The notes beneath the pieces are model-generated. The model was not told where the DNA came from. It ran no database searches and worked only from the letters and a program-made list of their open reading frames with translations. Made by a program: the position numbers and the translations under genes. Shown one piece after another: positions 1 to 8,803 of a stretch of 26,928 nucleotides of DNA. The stretch's first letter is position 1, and each line of letters opens with the position of its first letter. Source of the DNA: Nitrososphaerota archaeon (GTDB taxonomy: Archaea > Thermoproteota > Nitrososphaeria > Nitrososphaerales > Nitrosopumilaceae); contig JAUWQG010000001.1 of the NCBI GenBank assembly GCA_030611185.1, forward strand, positions 1-26,928, given 5' to 3'.

Positions 1-48
1 ATGGGATACATAGAAGATTATTATCTAAAAAGTTATGTCAAGTATTAG
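1..48 (+). CDS. Possible 3' end of a gene entering from the left (partial)
   Basis: Frame 1 is open from base 1 to TAG at 46-48 (..MGYIEDYYLKSYVKY*) and overlaps the next ATG (35) by 14 nt. Too short to identify. Confidence 0.3.
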   Translation: MGYIEDYYLKSYVKY

Positions 49-142
49 ATTTTGTTTGATTTGTAAAAGGTCACTCAGTAAGAACACCGAATTTTGCAGC
101 ATTGAATGTGCAAGAAAGTTTCTTTCATTTAAAACGGAATAG
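35..142 (+). CDS. 35-aa Cys-rich microprotein, CxxC-x10-CxxxC (treble-clef/TRASH/DUF2116-like zinc binder)
   Basis: Manual translation MSSIRFCLICKRSLSKNTEFCSIECARKFLSFKTE*. ATG at 35 follows an in-frame TAA at 26-28. Contains an FCSxxC motif. Below the ORF-track cutoff. Confidence 0.6.
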   Translation: MSSIRFCLICKRSLSKNTEFCSIECARKFLSFKTE

Positions 143-276
143 TATAAATTCACACCTAGACTTTGTTGGTGCGTTAAACTAATTTTACAAAACTCTCGCC
201 CGGCAAAGGATTGTAATTAATACAGATATTTTTGTGACGTAGCTTACAGATATAATACTTATACGTAAAAAATCAG

Positions 277-936
277 ATGGAAATGAAAAAAATTCTACAA
301 GGAATGATGAATACAATGAATTCCGTTAAACCTCCAAGAATGACTGCTCTTAGAGAACTACACGAAGCAGAAACAGGTGGACCATTTAGTATTCTTATTG
401 GAACAATTTTATCTGCACGTACAAAAGATGAAAGTACAACAAAAGTTGTTAAAATGTTATTTTCTGAATACAAAAATGCAAAAGATTTAGCAAATGCAAA
501 ATTAAAAAATATTGAAAAAATTATCAGGCCCATTGGATTCTATCACGTCAAAGCTAAAAGAATTATTGAAGTTGCAAAAATTATTGATTCTAAATATAAA
601 GGCAAAGTTCCAGATAATCTTGAAAAATTAGTAGAACTTCCAGGGGTAGGTAGAAAAACTGCAAATTGTGTTTTGGTTTATGCCTATGACAAACCAGCAA
701 TACCAGTAGATATCCATGTTCACAGAATTTCAAATCGATTAGGATTAGTTGAAACAAAAAATCCAGAGGAAACTGAATTGGAATTGATGAAGAAAATTCC
801 TAAAAAATTTTGGCTTGAAATAAATGATACATTTGTAATGTATGGTCAGAATATTTGCAAGCCTATTTCTCCAATGTGTGATGTTTGTAAGATTAAAAAA
901 ATTTGTAAATATTACAAATCTAAGAGCGTTTCTTAG
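277..936 (+). CDS. nth: Endonuclease III (HhH-GPD DNA glycosylase/AP lyase with 4Fe-4S cluster)
   Basis: LSARTKD, HhH motif LPGVGRKTAN with catalytic Lys, VDIHVHRI with catalytic Asp, C-terminal C-x6-C-x2-C-x5-C (CKPISPMCDVCKIKKIC). Confidence 0.96.
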   Translation: MEMKKILQGMMNTMNSVKPPRMTALRELHEAETGGPFSILIGTILSARTKDESTTKVVKMLFSEYKNAKDLANAKLKNIEKIIRPIGFYHVKAKRIIEVAKIIDSKYKGKVPDNLEKLVELPGVGRKTANCVLVYAYDKPAIPVDIHVHRISNRLGLVETKNPEETELELMKKIPKKFWLEINDTFVMYGQNICKPISPMCDVCKIKKICKYYKSKSVS

Positions 937-1585
937 TCAAAATGAGGGCACCTACAAGAATTCCTAAAGCTGCAGCAATATAAAATGGGAAAAATGCAAA
1001 TACATTTTCTGCGGGGTCTCCAGAAAGAAATTCAACTATCATGCTTCCAGATTTTGCTGCCGGTGGATCAGAAGAGCCCTCCATTCCAAAAACAGAATAA
1101 GAATCGATTTCAAATGAACCAATATTTAGATTAGAAACCGTAATTCTTGCTCCATTGTTTACTGTCAATCCTCCTCGTTCTGTATATGAGATTATGATTT
1201 TTGTGGCAGGATACCAACCTCTTTCAAGGTCGCTTTGTACAACTACATATCCTTCTCTTTCAGTATTTGCTGCAACCCAAAATTTTTCATGAGGAGGAGC
1301 ACCCATGCCTATTTCTACAAATTTGTCAGAGTTTTTATCATAAAATTTGAAAACACCATTTCCATCTGGATTCGCATATACAAGATTGTTATCGATGGTT
1401 ATTTGCCAGCTTATTGCATGATCATTTTCTAAATCAACAACTATGGCATCTCGTGAAATTTTGTTAAACTCGTTAAACGGAATTTCTATTGTGTAGATAA
1501 TAATGGAAGGATTCTTGGCTTCTTGCGCAAATGCAGGTGTAATTAGAAATCCAAAGGTAAAAAGTAATACTAGTAAATATTTCAT
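920..1585 (-). CDS. Hypothetical exported protein with signal peptide and C-terminal membrane anchor
   Basis: N-terminal MKYLLVLLFTFGFLITPAFA signal peptide (AFA cleavage), beta-rich core, C-terminal hydrophobic helix followed by KKRS. Confidence 0.85.
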   Translation of the reverse strand: MKYLLVLLFTFGFLITPAFAQEAKNPSIIIYTIEIPFNEFNKISRDAIVVDLENDHAISWQITIDNNLVYANPDGNGVFKFYDKNSDKFVEIGMGAPPHEKFWVAANTEREGYVVVQSDLERGWYPATKIIISYTERGGLTVNNGARITVSNLNIGSFEIDSYSVFGMEGSSDPPAAKSGSMIVEFLSGDPAENVFAFFPFYIAAALGILVGALILTKKRS

Positions 1586-1593
1586 GAATCAAA

Positions 1594-1607
1594 TCACTCT
1601 TGAGTGA
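1594..1607. promoter_or_regulatory. Dyad TCACTC-TT-GAGTGA, candidate operator
   Basis: Perfect 6-bp inverted repeat with a 2-bp spacer, lying between a minus-strand TATA-like TATTTAT (1608-1614) and the ATG at 1585. Confidence 0.45.
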
Positions 1608-1615
1608 ATAAATAT

Positions 1616-2755
1616 CTAATCAACAAATGGATGAGGATGATCCAAAATTACTTTTGCTACCTCAGGTCTTAAAATGAATTCTGATGGTGCTTGACCGTTT
1701 TGAATCATTTCTCTTAGTTTTGTTCCACTGATTTGCTCTTTGGCATCATCATCATGTGGACATATTTTTGGATTTGTATATGTTAAACATTTCTTACAAT
1801 AGAAAAAGGCCGGGAAAAATACTGGTGTTATTTCTAATTCTGGGTAACCATCAAATATTTTTTGGGCTGCAAAAGGATCATAGAATTTTCCTACTCCTGC
1901 GTGATCTCGTCCTATTATGATATGTGTGCATCCATAGTTTTGCCTCATTATTGCGTGATGGATTGCCTCCTTTGGACCGGCATATTTCATTTCAGTATGT
2001 AAAGTTCCAAGTTTACATCTATTTTCTTGATAATAATTTTCAATCATGGTTTCATAGCATTTTATAATTACTTCATCTACAAAGTCTCCTGATTTTTTCT
2101 TTCCAATAATTGGATTGACAAAAACTCCGTCTCTGGTTGTAATGGAAGTTTTTTGAAGCATCTCATGGGCTACATGAGGTGGATTTCGTGTTTGAAATGC
2201 ACAAATTGTTTTCCACCCAGCTTGAGCAAAAGCCTCTCGAGTTTGTAAAGGAGTTAATCTATTTTTTCTTAGTTCAGTTTCTTCAGGTCTTTGAATATAA
2301 TCTATCTTGCCACCAACAAGAAAATCTTTCATGCCCATAGTTTTTGCAACACCTGGATGAGAAGTATCATTTGTTCCGTACACTCCCTGAACAGTTTTTT
2401 CTTTATCAAAGGAAAAAGTCTCCTCAACATGTAATACTGCTACTCCTAATCCCTGATGATTTTGTAATAAAACATCACCTGCTTCTTTCATTTTTGCAGC
2501 TGTTGATTCATCCACGTCTAAAACAATAGGAATTGTCCAAGCTAAGCCATTTGATAATCTTCCTTTGGATACAACATTCTCAAAATCTTGTTGTCCGAGA
2601 AATCCTTCTAGAGGGCTAAAAATTCCATCTGCAATATTTTCCACATCATTTGCAAGATCTTCTGAAATTGATATTGAAAATAATCCAGAGGTATCAATTT
2701 TATTAATTCGATTTACTAGTATTCCACCGTGTGGTTTGATTACTTCATTACTCAT
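1616..2755 (-). CDS. sat: Sulfate adenylyltransferase (ATP sulfurylase, Sat family)
   Basis: N-terminal PHGG, GFL and WTIPIVLDV motifs, catalytic [10 protein letters not shown] (HxxH), YAGPKEA, GRDHAG, and a Zn site CxxC...C...H. Confidence 0.97.
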   Translation of the reverse strand: MSNEVIKPHGGILVNRINKIDTSGLFSISISEDLANDVENIADGIFSPLEGFLGQQDFENVVSKGRLSNGLAWTIPIVLDVDESTAAKMKEAGDVLLQNHQGLGVAVLHVEETFSFDKEKTVQGVYGTNDTSHPGVAKTMGMKDFLVGGKIDYIQRPEETELRKNRLTPLQTREAFAQAGWKTICAFQTRNPPHVAHEMLQKTSITTRDGVFVNPIIGKKKSGDFVDEVIIKCYETMIENYYQENRCKLGTLHTEMKYAGPKEAIHHAIMRQNYGCTHIIIGRDHAGVGKFYDPFAAQKIFDGYPELEITPVFFPAFFYCKKCLTYTNPKICPHDDDAKEQISGTKLREMIQNGQAPSEFILRPEVAKVILDHPHPFVD

Positions 2756-2757
2756 AA

Positions 2758-3489
2758 TTATACTCCATCAGGTGTATGTAATCCACATTCTTTTGTATCA
2801 TCATTTTCCCACCACCAACGACCCGCTCTTAAATCTTCACCATCTTTTATTGCTCGAGTACAAGGTTCACATCCAATACTAGGATATCCTTTATCGATTT
2901 GAGAATTGTACGGGACATTTTTCTCTTTAATATAGGTCCAAACTTGTTCCCAATTCCAGTCAAGTAATGGATTTACTTTGACGATTCCATCATATTTTTC
3001 ATCAATTTCAAGCATTTTGGCGTTTTCTCGAGTAGAAGTTTGATCTCTTCGAATTCCAGTAATCCATCCATCCAAAGTCTCAAGCATTTTTCTTAAGGGT
3101 TTTACTTTTCTAATTCCACAACAAAGTCGTCTGTTTTCGATACTATCATAAAATAGGTTAATGCCTTTGGTTTGAACCATTTCTTTAACCTCTTCTGCGT
3201 CTGGAAACATTACCTCAAAAATCACATTATATTTTTTTGAGAGTATATCCATGATATCGTAAGTTTCTTGTGGTAATCTTCCAGTATCTAAAGTGAAAAA
3301 TCGAAATTTAGGATTAATTTTTGTCATCATATCGATTAGAAGTGAATCCTCAGCTCCAAAGCTTGAAGCTTTTGCAACTTTTGGGTGTAAATTATCTGAA
3401 GCCCAGTTTAAAGCATCTTCAGCATTTTTTAGAGTAGGATTAATCTCATCAAGTTCTCTTTGAGTGAATTTTACCACAATACCATTCAC
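2758..3489 (-). CDS. cysH: Phosphoadenylyl-sulfate reductase family (CysH), 4Fe-4S-type APS/PAPS reductase
   Basis: [41 protein letters not shown] and C-terminal ECGLH. GTG start; ends 2 bp upstream of sat. Confidence 0.95.
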   Translation of the reverse strand: MNGIVVKFTQRELDEINPTLKNAEDALNWASDNLHPKVAKASSFGAEDSLLIDMMTKINPKFRFFTLDTGRLPQETYDIMDILSKKYNVIFEVMFPDAEEVKEMVQTKGINLFYDSIENRRLCCGIRKVKPLRKMLETLDGWITGIRRDQTSTRENAKMLEIDEKYDGIVKVNPLLDWNWEQVWTYIKEKNVPYNSQIDKGYPSIGCEPCTRAIKDGEDLRAGRWWWENDDTKECGLHTPDGV

Positions 3490-3542
3490 TGTTTGTTGTT
3501 TTATATTGATTACCCGAGGATTTTATCCTAAATTATAAACAA

Positions 3543-4682
3543 GTGAATTTCAAAATAAAAAAGATGAAAGAAGTTTCTTATGTTGTAGTTTTTCCTACGG
3601 TGTTTTCCAAAAACAAAATTCCTCAATTGATTTCAAATATTAAAAAAATTCTAAAGATTAGAAATCAAGAATTCAAATCAATAAAAAGAGACGGAGATAT
3701 TATTCTTGTAGATTCAAGTGATCCTGTTTTTTCTTCTTCCGCAATCAATTTACTTTTTGGTATTGAAAAAGTAGCAATTGCTAGACAAGTAAAAAATGAT
3801 TTTAAAACAATTGTATCAGAAATTACTTCTTTAGGTGGAAATTTACTCCTAAAAGGGGAAAAATTTCTCGTAAAAGTTGAAGGAACATCAAAAGGATTTT
3901 TTCCTAAGGATGTTGAGATTGCAGCAACATCATCCATAATTGAAAAAAAATCTAACTTGGGAGCAAAACCTGGAACGGAGGAAAATTACAATAAGTTGCT
4001 TTATACTTATTTGACAAAAAATAATGCATACATTTGTATTTTTATAGATAAAGGGCAAGGTGGAATTACTTTTAATTCACCAAAACAAAATACTATTTGC
4101 AGTGTTTATGATGAAATATCAGCTGTTTCGTGTTTTGAAACAATAAAGCAAGGTTTTGACTCAAAAATAATTGTTTGTTATAGAAAAGATTCAGAGTTGA
4201 TGAATCTTGTTAAGATGATTAATCAAATAATTCCTAGACTAGCAAAAGAAAAAATTTCTCTAGACTTTTTTCAAATAAAGATAAATCCAACTGGAGTAAA
4301 AAATTATCAAACTTTCATAAGTTCAGTAATTGAAATTTTAATTCACGAAGCCAAATCAAACAAACTAGTTAACGTCTCTTTATCATTATCTCCACTGGCC
4401 TTTTCACAAGATTTTATTGAATATTCAATGAACAAAGTATTTCAAAATAATAAATTGCCAATCATGCCTCTTAGTGGGGTTGATGTCAAACTGTTTGAGG
4501 AAGCAAAAGAGATCGGATTAGAAAAGCAAATTCCAAAAATGAATAAAATGATTCTCATGAATTCAAAGGAAATTCCCAAAATAACAGGTAAGGATGTAAA
4601 ATCTGCCCTAAATACAAAGAAAACAGTAGATGTAGTAATTGGGCCAAATAATGTGCATGATATTCTAGATTCTTTGGAATAA
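3543..4682 (+). CDS. ThiI-like protein (ferredoxin-like + THUMP + degenerate PP-loop domain)
   Basis: ThiI-type N-terminus (..LFGIEKVAIA..), THUMP segment (FLVKV..GF...VE), GQGGIT corresponding to GxGGLP. The SGGxDS motif is not conserved. GTG start. Confidence 0.75.
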   Translation: MNFKIKKMKEVSYVVVFPTVFSKNKIPQLISNIKKILKIRNQEFKSIKRDGDIILVDSSDPVFSSSAINLLFGIEKVAIARQVKNDFKTIVSEITSLGGNLLLKGEKFLVKVEGTSKGFFPKDVEIAATSSIIEKKSNLGAKPGTEENYNKLLYTYLTKNNAYICIFIDKGQGGITFNSPKQNTICSVYDEISAVSCFETIKQGFDSKIIVCYRKDSELMNLVKMINQIIPRLAKEKISLDFFQIKINPTGVKNYQTFISSVIEILIHEAKSNKLVNVSLSLSPLAFSQDFIEYSMNKVFQNNKLPIMPLSGVDVKLFEEAKEIGLEKQIPKMNKMILMNSKEIPKITGKDVKSALNTKKTVDVVIGPNNVHDILDSLE

Positions 4683-4722
4683 AATCATTGAGAATTTAAA
4701 CAGCATCTACAGATTTCTTTAC

Positions 4723-5958
4723 ATGCATAAAATTGGGGAATTTATCTACCCATGGGGTAGTGGTCATTATTCTCGTATGATAAGATTTCATGAGGCATTC
4801 ATTGATTTAATGAAAGAAGATTTTGAGGCTCATTTTTCAAGCAAAGACCACGTTTACCATAAATTATTAGACAAATTTCCTGATCAACAAGATAAAATTC
4901 ACAATATTATGATGCCAACTCCAATTGATGGAAAATTTGGGCCAAGCATCATAAAATCTATGTTGAATTTTTTATTACCAATCGCACAAAATCCTCCACT
5001 TGTAAATCAAATTGTAGATTATTTGAGAGAAGAAAGAAAACTGTACAATAAAGAAAATTTTGATTTGGTAATCAATGATGGGGATATGGGTTCAAACATT
5101 TTGGCAAAAAATCGTAACATACCAAGCCTTTTCATAACAAATCAATTTAGACCAAAATTGTATAAATCAAAAGTCTATTTTTATCCTTCACTTTATTTTA
5201 TTGCAAAACAAATTGCAAAAGCTAGTAAAATTATTGTAGCTGATTCGCCTCCCCCATATACTTTATGTGAATTCAATCTAAATTTTACAAAGGAAGTACA
5301 ACCAAAAGTTTCTTACGTAGGTCATTTCATAAATAAGAAAAATATTCATAAAGATCCTCCCTCCGATCTTGAAAGAATTATTCAGGATAACGATTTTGGA
5401 TACTGGATGAGAACTGGGAATAAATCCACTAATGATGGAACAGGAGAAAGATATGAACAGGTTTTTCATCAGGAGGAAATGAAAAATGAAAAAAGAATAA
5501 TTTCTCATGCAAAAAATAATTCCTCTATTAATTCTGTTTTGGGGAAAAATGGAAAAAAATTTAGTATATCTGAAGCCCTTGAAAAAAAGATAGATTGGAT
5601 TCAAATAGATATTGGTTATCTTTCAGAGCAAGAAAAAGAAGAAGTGTTAGGTTTGAGTAAATATGCTGTTGTAAATGGTTCACATACTGTTATGGGAGAA
5701 ATACTTGGAGGAAAGGCAAAACCAATAATTGGCATCCCAATTTATGATGAACATACAAATAATATCAGATGGGCAGAAAAGAAAAATCTAGGTATTTTTG
5801 CAAGTAAAACCCAACATGTGATAAAAGGAATAAAAACAATAAAAGAGAATTATGATGAATTTGAGGGGAATTTACTGGATTTTTCCAAAAATTTTGTTTC
5901 AAATGGAGCAGAGAATACAGCAAAAATTGCAGCTGAGATCTTAGAAGAAAAGAGATAA
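4723..5958 (+). CDS. GT-B glycosyltransferase, GT28/MJ1255-like
   Basis: N-terminal GSGHYSR (GxGH), LVINDGD, C-terminal nucleotide-sugar-binding region VVNGSHTVMGE..KPIIGIP..EHTNN. Confidence 0.85.
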   Translation: MHKIGEFIYPWGSGHYSRMIRFHEAFIDLMKEDFEAHFSSKDHVYHKLLDKFPDQQDKIHNIMMPTPIDGKFGPSIIKSMLNFLLPIAQNPPLVNQIVDYLREERKLYNKENFDLVINDGDMGSNILAKNRNIPSLFITNQFRPKLYKSKVYFYPSLYFIAKQIAKASKIIVADSPPPYTLCEFNLNFTKEVQPKVSYVGHFINKKNIHKDPPSDLERIIQDNDFGYWMRTGNKSTNDGTGERYEQVFHQEEMKNEKRIISHAKNNSSINSVLGKNGKKFSISEALEKKIDWIQIDIGYLSEQEKEEVLGLSKYAVVNGSHTVMGEILGGKAKPIIGIPIYDEHTNNIRWAEKKNLGIFASKTQHVIKGIKTIKENYDEFEGNLLDFSKNFVSNGAENTAKIAAEILEEKR

Positions 5959-5978
5959 AGGATAATTTCTAGATTTTT

Positions 5979-6054
5979 AGATATCTGGCACGCGGGATTT
6001 CGATGGGCGAACGGACCGAAAGGGATGACGATAAAATCCGTGTGTCAGATATTT
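5979..6054 (+). ncRNA. Candidate structured small RNA containing a kink-turn
   Basis: GC-rich island in AT-rich intergenic DNA. About 20-bp closing stem with G-U pairs on the + strand, side hairpin UUCG/CGAA, and a K-turn (CC-GAAA-GG, GAU bulge, tandem G.A/A.G, C-G, G-C). Confidence 0.6.
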
Positions 6055-6115
6055 TGATAATCGATCAAAAAATATGTGGGAACGCTTTTATGGAAAAAAT
6101 TAAGCCAAATCATTA

Positions 6116-6430
6116 GTGCCTAACTGTCCAGAATGTACATCACGAGCAAAAAAGAAGATAGAAACAAAATACATGGAAGATTTTCCAGAGGAAGAGGACA
6201 GAAGTAGAGATGCTTTGTTCAAGTTATTTGATGAAATTGACATTCCAATGAAAATGGATGAGAAAAATAGAAGACATTTCATTTGTAACCGATGCGGATT
6301 ATACGCAACAAGAGAAGAAGTTTCAGATATTAGATTCAAGTTAAATCAAAGAGAAAGAACACGTGATGATAAACATGATGACTATCTTGAATGGTGGTCA
6401 AAAAGCAAAAAAGACAAAGAACTAAACTAG
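6116..6430 (+). CDS. Small zinc-finger protein (CPxC...CxxC), function unknown
   Basis: CPEC at the N-terminus and CNRCG internally; highly charged. GTG start with TTTTAT about 25 nt upstream. Confidence 0.85.
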   Translation: MPNCPECTSRAKKKIETKYMEDFPEEEDRSRDALFKLFDEIDIPMKMDEKNRRHFICNRCGLYATREEVSDIRFKLNQRERTRDDKHDDYLEWWSKSKKDKELN

Positions 6431-6441
6431 ATCTGATATTT

Positions 6442-6843
6442 ATGGTAAAAAAGAAAGATGAGATTCCTGATTGGGTTTCTGATGAAATTCAAAATGCAAA
6501 ATTTAAGAAACCTGAAAAGCTAAAAAAATCAGGATACATTTTAGAATTTTATCATGAAGACAATAAGATTGATGTCCAGTTGTATGATGCAGTAGAGGAT
6601 GGACGACATATTGTTACAATGGATGTTCCAAAAACAGTAAAGATTGATGATTTACTAAAAGGTCAAGTTTACGAATTTGTATTTGATCAACATAAAGCAC
6701 CGTTAAGCAAGAAAGTGGCAGAATTTCTTGAGAAAGAGAAAGAAATTGATATGAAAGCAATTTACCAATTTGATTTGAAATCTTTGGAATTACTAGATGT
6801 AGACTCCAGTGGATCTGCAGATAACGATTCAGAAGAAGATTAA
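6442..6843 (+). CDS. Hypothetical acidic protein (possible OB-like beta-barrel)
   Basis: The ORF track gives 6391-6843. ATG 6442 (MVKKKDEIPDWV) avoids a 40-nt overlap with the upstream gene. Alternating beta-strand pattern and acidic tail. Confidence 0.8.
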   Translation: MVKKKDEIPDWVSDEIQNAKFKKPEKLKKSGYILEFYHEDNKIDVQLYDAVEDGRHIVTMDVPKTVKIDDLLKGQVYEFVFDQHKAPLSKKVAEFLEKEKEIDMKAIYQFDLKSLELLDVDSSGSADNDSEED

Positions 6844-7640
6844 TCTTTTTTCATAGAATCTAATTGTTTTTTAAAAGACTTTCCTAGTATTGGATTGATG
6901 AAATATGGAAAAGTATTCTTCATCCATACTGCACCACGTACTACAGATGGGACTATAATTTCTAACCTTGGAGAATTTGCTGCTTTTAGAATTGCTTTTG
7001 CAACAGTTTTGGAACTAAGAGAAATTGGAGAAAATTTTGGCATTTTTTCAAATGATGGATGTTCAAAGAAATTAGTTCTAACCATAATTGGACTAACAAC
7101 AGTAATTCCAACTCCAGTATTTTTTAATTCATGTTTAAAACCTTCTGAAAATCCAAGCATTGCAAACTTTGATGCACAATAAGAGGCAATTCCTGGTAAA
7201 CCAAAACTTGCTGCAACAGATGCCACGTTTACAATATGACCTGATTTTTTATCTAGCATTGATGGAAGAAAATTTTTGATACAGTAAACCATTCCAAAAT
7301 AATTAGTCTCCATCTGAGATTCTATTTCATCAATAGTAAGATCAGATACAGAACCATAAATTGCAAAACCTGCATTATTTACTAAAATATCAACTGAATC
7401 AAATTTTTCTAAAACTATTCTTGACATTTCTTTGACTTGTTCTTTGTTAGATACATCACATTGACAAGTCAGAATAGTCACATTGAATTTTTTTAATTCA
7501 TCAGCAACTTGTTCAAGTTTCTCTTTTCTTCTTGCAACTAAAACTATGTTAGCACCTAATTTTGCAAATTCTATTGCAGAGTCTTTTCCAATTCCTGATG
7601 ATGCGCCAGTAATTAAAACAACTTTATTTTTAAAATTCAT
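6840..7640 (-). CDS. Short-chain dehydrogenase/reductase (classical SDR)
   Basis: TGASSGIG, NNAG, catalytic S and YCASK. ARR after beta-2 suggests NADP preference. Confidence 0.95.
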   Translation of the reverse strand: MNFKNKVVLITGASSGIGKDSAIEFAKLGANIVLVARRKEKLEQVADELKKFNVTILTCQCDVSNKEQVKEMSRIVLEKFDSVDILVNNAGFAIYGSVSDLTIDEIESQMETNYFGMVYCIKNFLPSMLDKKSGHIVNVASVAASFGLPGIASYCASKFAMLGFSEGFKHELKNTGVGITVVSPIMVRTNFFEHPSFEKMPKFSPISLSSKTVAKAILKAANSPRLEIIVPSVVRGAVWMKNTFPYFINPILGKSFKKQLDSMKKD

Positions 7641-7674
7641 AATTCAAAAAATCTCTTAAAAGATAAAGTGGTTT

Positions 7675-8691
7675 CTATGTTGTTTCAGTTTTATTATATT
7701 TACTTAAGGCTAGTTTTACCAATAAGATCCAAGTTACGGCAATTGGTACGTAATAAGTGGCAATTCTCCAACCAATTACTGTATTCCAAATAGTGTTTCC
7801 TTCAAGGATTTCTAAATCAAATGGATTTTGATTATTCAAATACCCTACAATTCCAAATTCAGCCAAACCAGAACCCCCAACTGTAATTGGTAAATTCCCA
7901 ATTGCATTAGCACCCATTACTGCCATTATTGATTCAAAGACGCCAATGACATATCCCGTTCCAAATGCAATTATCATAAAAGATATTCCATAAAATGACC
8001 AAGAAGCTAGAGAAATGAAGAATGTAATTGTAAATACTTTTTTGGATTCGTTAGTTCTAAGATTTTTTTTGCTCATTACACAAACTTCCTCCATCCAAGA
8101 ATTTGTTTTAGTAACTATGCTCTTACCTTTTTCTTTTCCAAACTTTTCTACTAAGATGGTAATAACTTTTGGAAGTTGAAATATTCTCTTTGATGATAAA
8201 AAGAATAAAACCATCCATAATGTTGTTACAAAAATACTTGTACCTAAAATAATGGCTCCTACAATATATGCACCACTCATTATTGCAATAATACCTGCCA
8301 TTATAGACAATAAGCCTCCAGCGAAAACTTCAGTTACTATATCCATAATTGCAATCCAAGTGGATTTAGAAGGAGGAGCTCCTTTTTTGTGGAGATAATA
8401 AATTACTATAAATTCTGCCCCTACAAACATTGGAGTTGTAAATTTAATAAATTCACTTCCAACTCTCACACCCACTAATTTCCAAAAGGAATCAAATTTT
8501 CCTAAATATCTTTGGGTAATGTACGCAAATTTTATTCCTTGAAGTCCTAATTTTATCATCATAGCAATTACTGCCAAAATAAATGGAAAAATCCCAACAG
8601 ACAAAACATCTTCAATTTTTATATCAAATTGTAACACAATAAACAGAATTGGAATAAGTGTAACTGGGATTATTATAATTCTCCAATTCAT
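7675..8691 (-). CDS. UPF0104 / lysylphosphatidylglycerol-synthase TM-domain (flippase-like) membrane protein
   Basis: About 8 hydrophobic segments, TPMFVGAE, PITVGGSGLAE, and WRIATYY motifs typical of the family. Confidence 0.85.
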   Translation of the reverse strand: MNWRIIIIPVTLIPILFIVLQFDIKIEDVLSVGIFPFILAVIAMMIKLGLQGIKFAYITQRYLGKFDSFWKLVGVRVGSEFIKFTTPMFVGAEFIVIYYLHKKGAPPSKSTWIAIMDIVTEVFAGGLLSIMAGIIAIMSGAYIVGAIILGTSIFVTTLWMVLFFLSSKRIFQLPKVITILVEKFGKEKGKSIVTKTNSWMEEVCVMSKKNLRTNESKKVFTITFFISLASWSFYGISFMIIAFGTGYVIGVFESIMAVMGANAIGNLPITVGGSGLAEFGIVGYLNNQNPFDLEILEGNTIWNTVIGWRIATYYVPIAVTWILLVKLALSKYNKTETT

Positions 8692-8803
8692 CTGAAAAAA
8701 TTTTCATGAATTCAAATATGAAAGTTGACCCAATTTTATGACTATAATTTCTATGCCTGCTTCTAGTTTGAAATATAAGCTAAACAAGGAAATTTAGAAA
8801 GTA

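Noticed and set aside
143-276. Slightly GC-richer patch (ctctcgcccggcaaagg) upstream of nth as a possible sRNA
   Set aside because: No convincing stem or box motifs.
5999-6035. Resemblance of the K-turn RNA to c-di-GMP-I (GGGCAAAC..GAAA..GACG) and fluoride (GAUGG..AUGAC) riboswitches
   Set aside because: There is no second GEMM hairpin with a tetraloop receptor, and the fluoride pseudoknot pairing cannot form. The K-turn fold explains the same bases better.
6001-6049. C/D box sRNA reading (CGAUGG, CGGA, GGAUGA, CAGA)
   Set aside because: The boxes are degenerate and the guide lengths (5 and 17 nt) do not match the usual ~12 nt.
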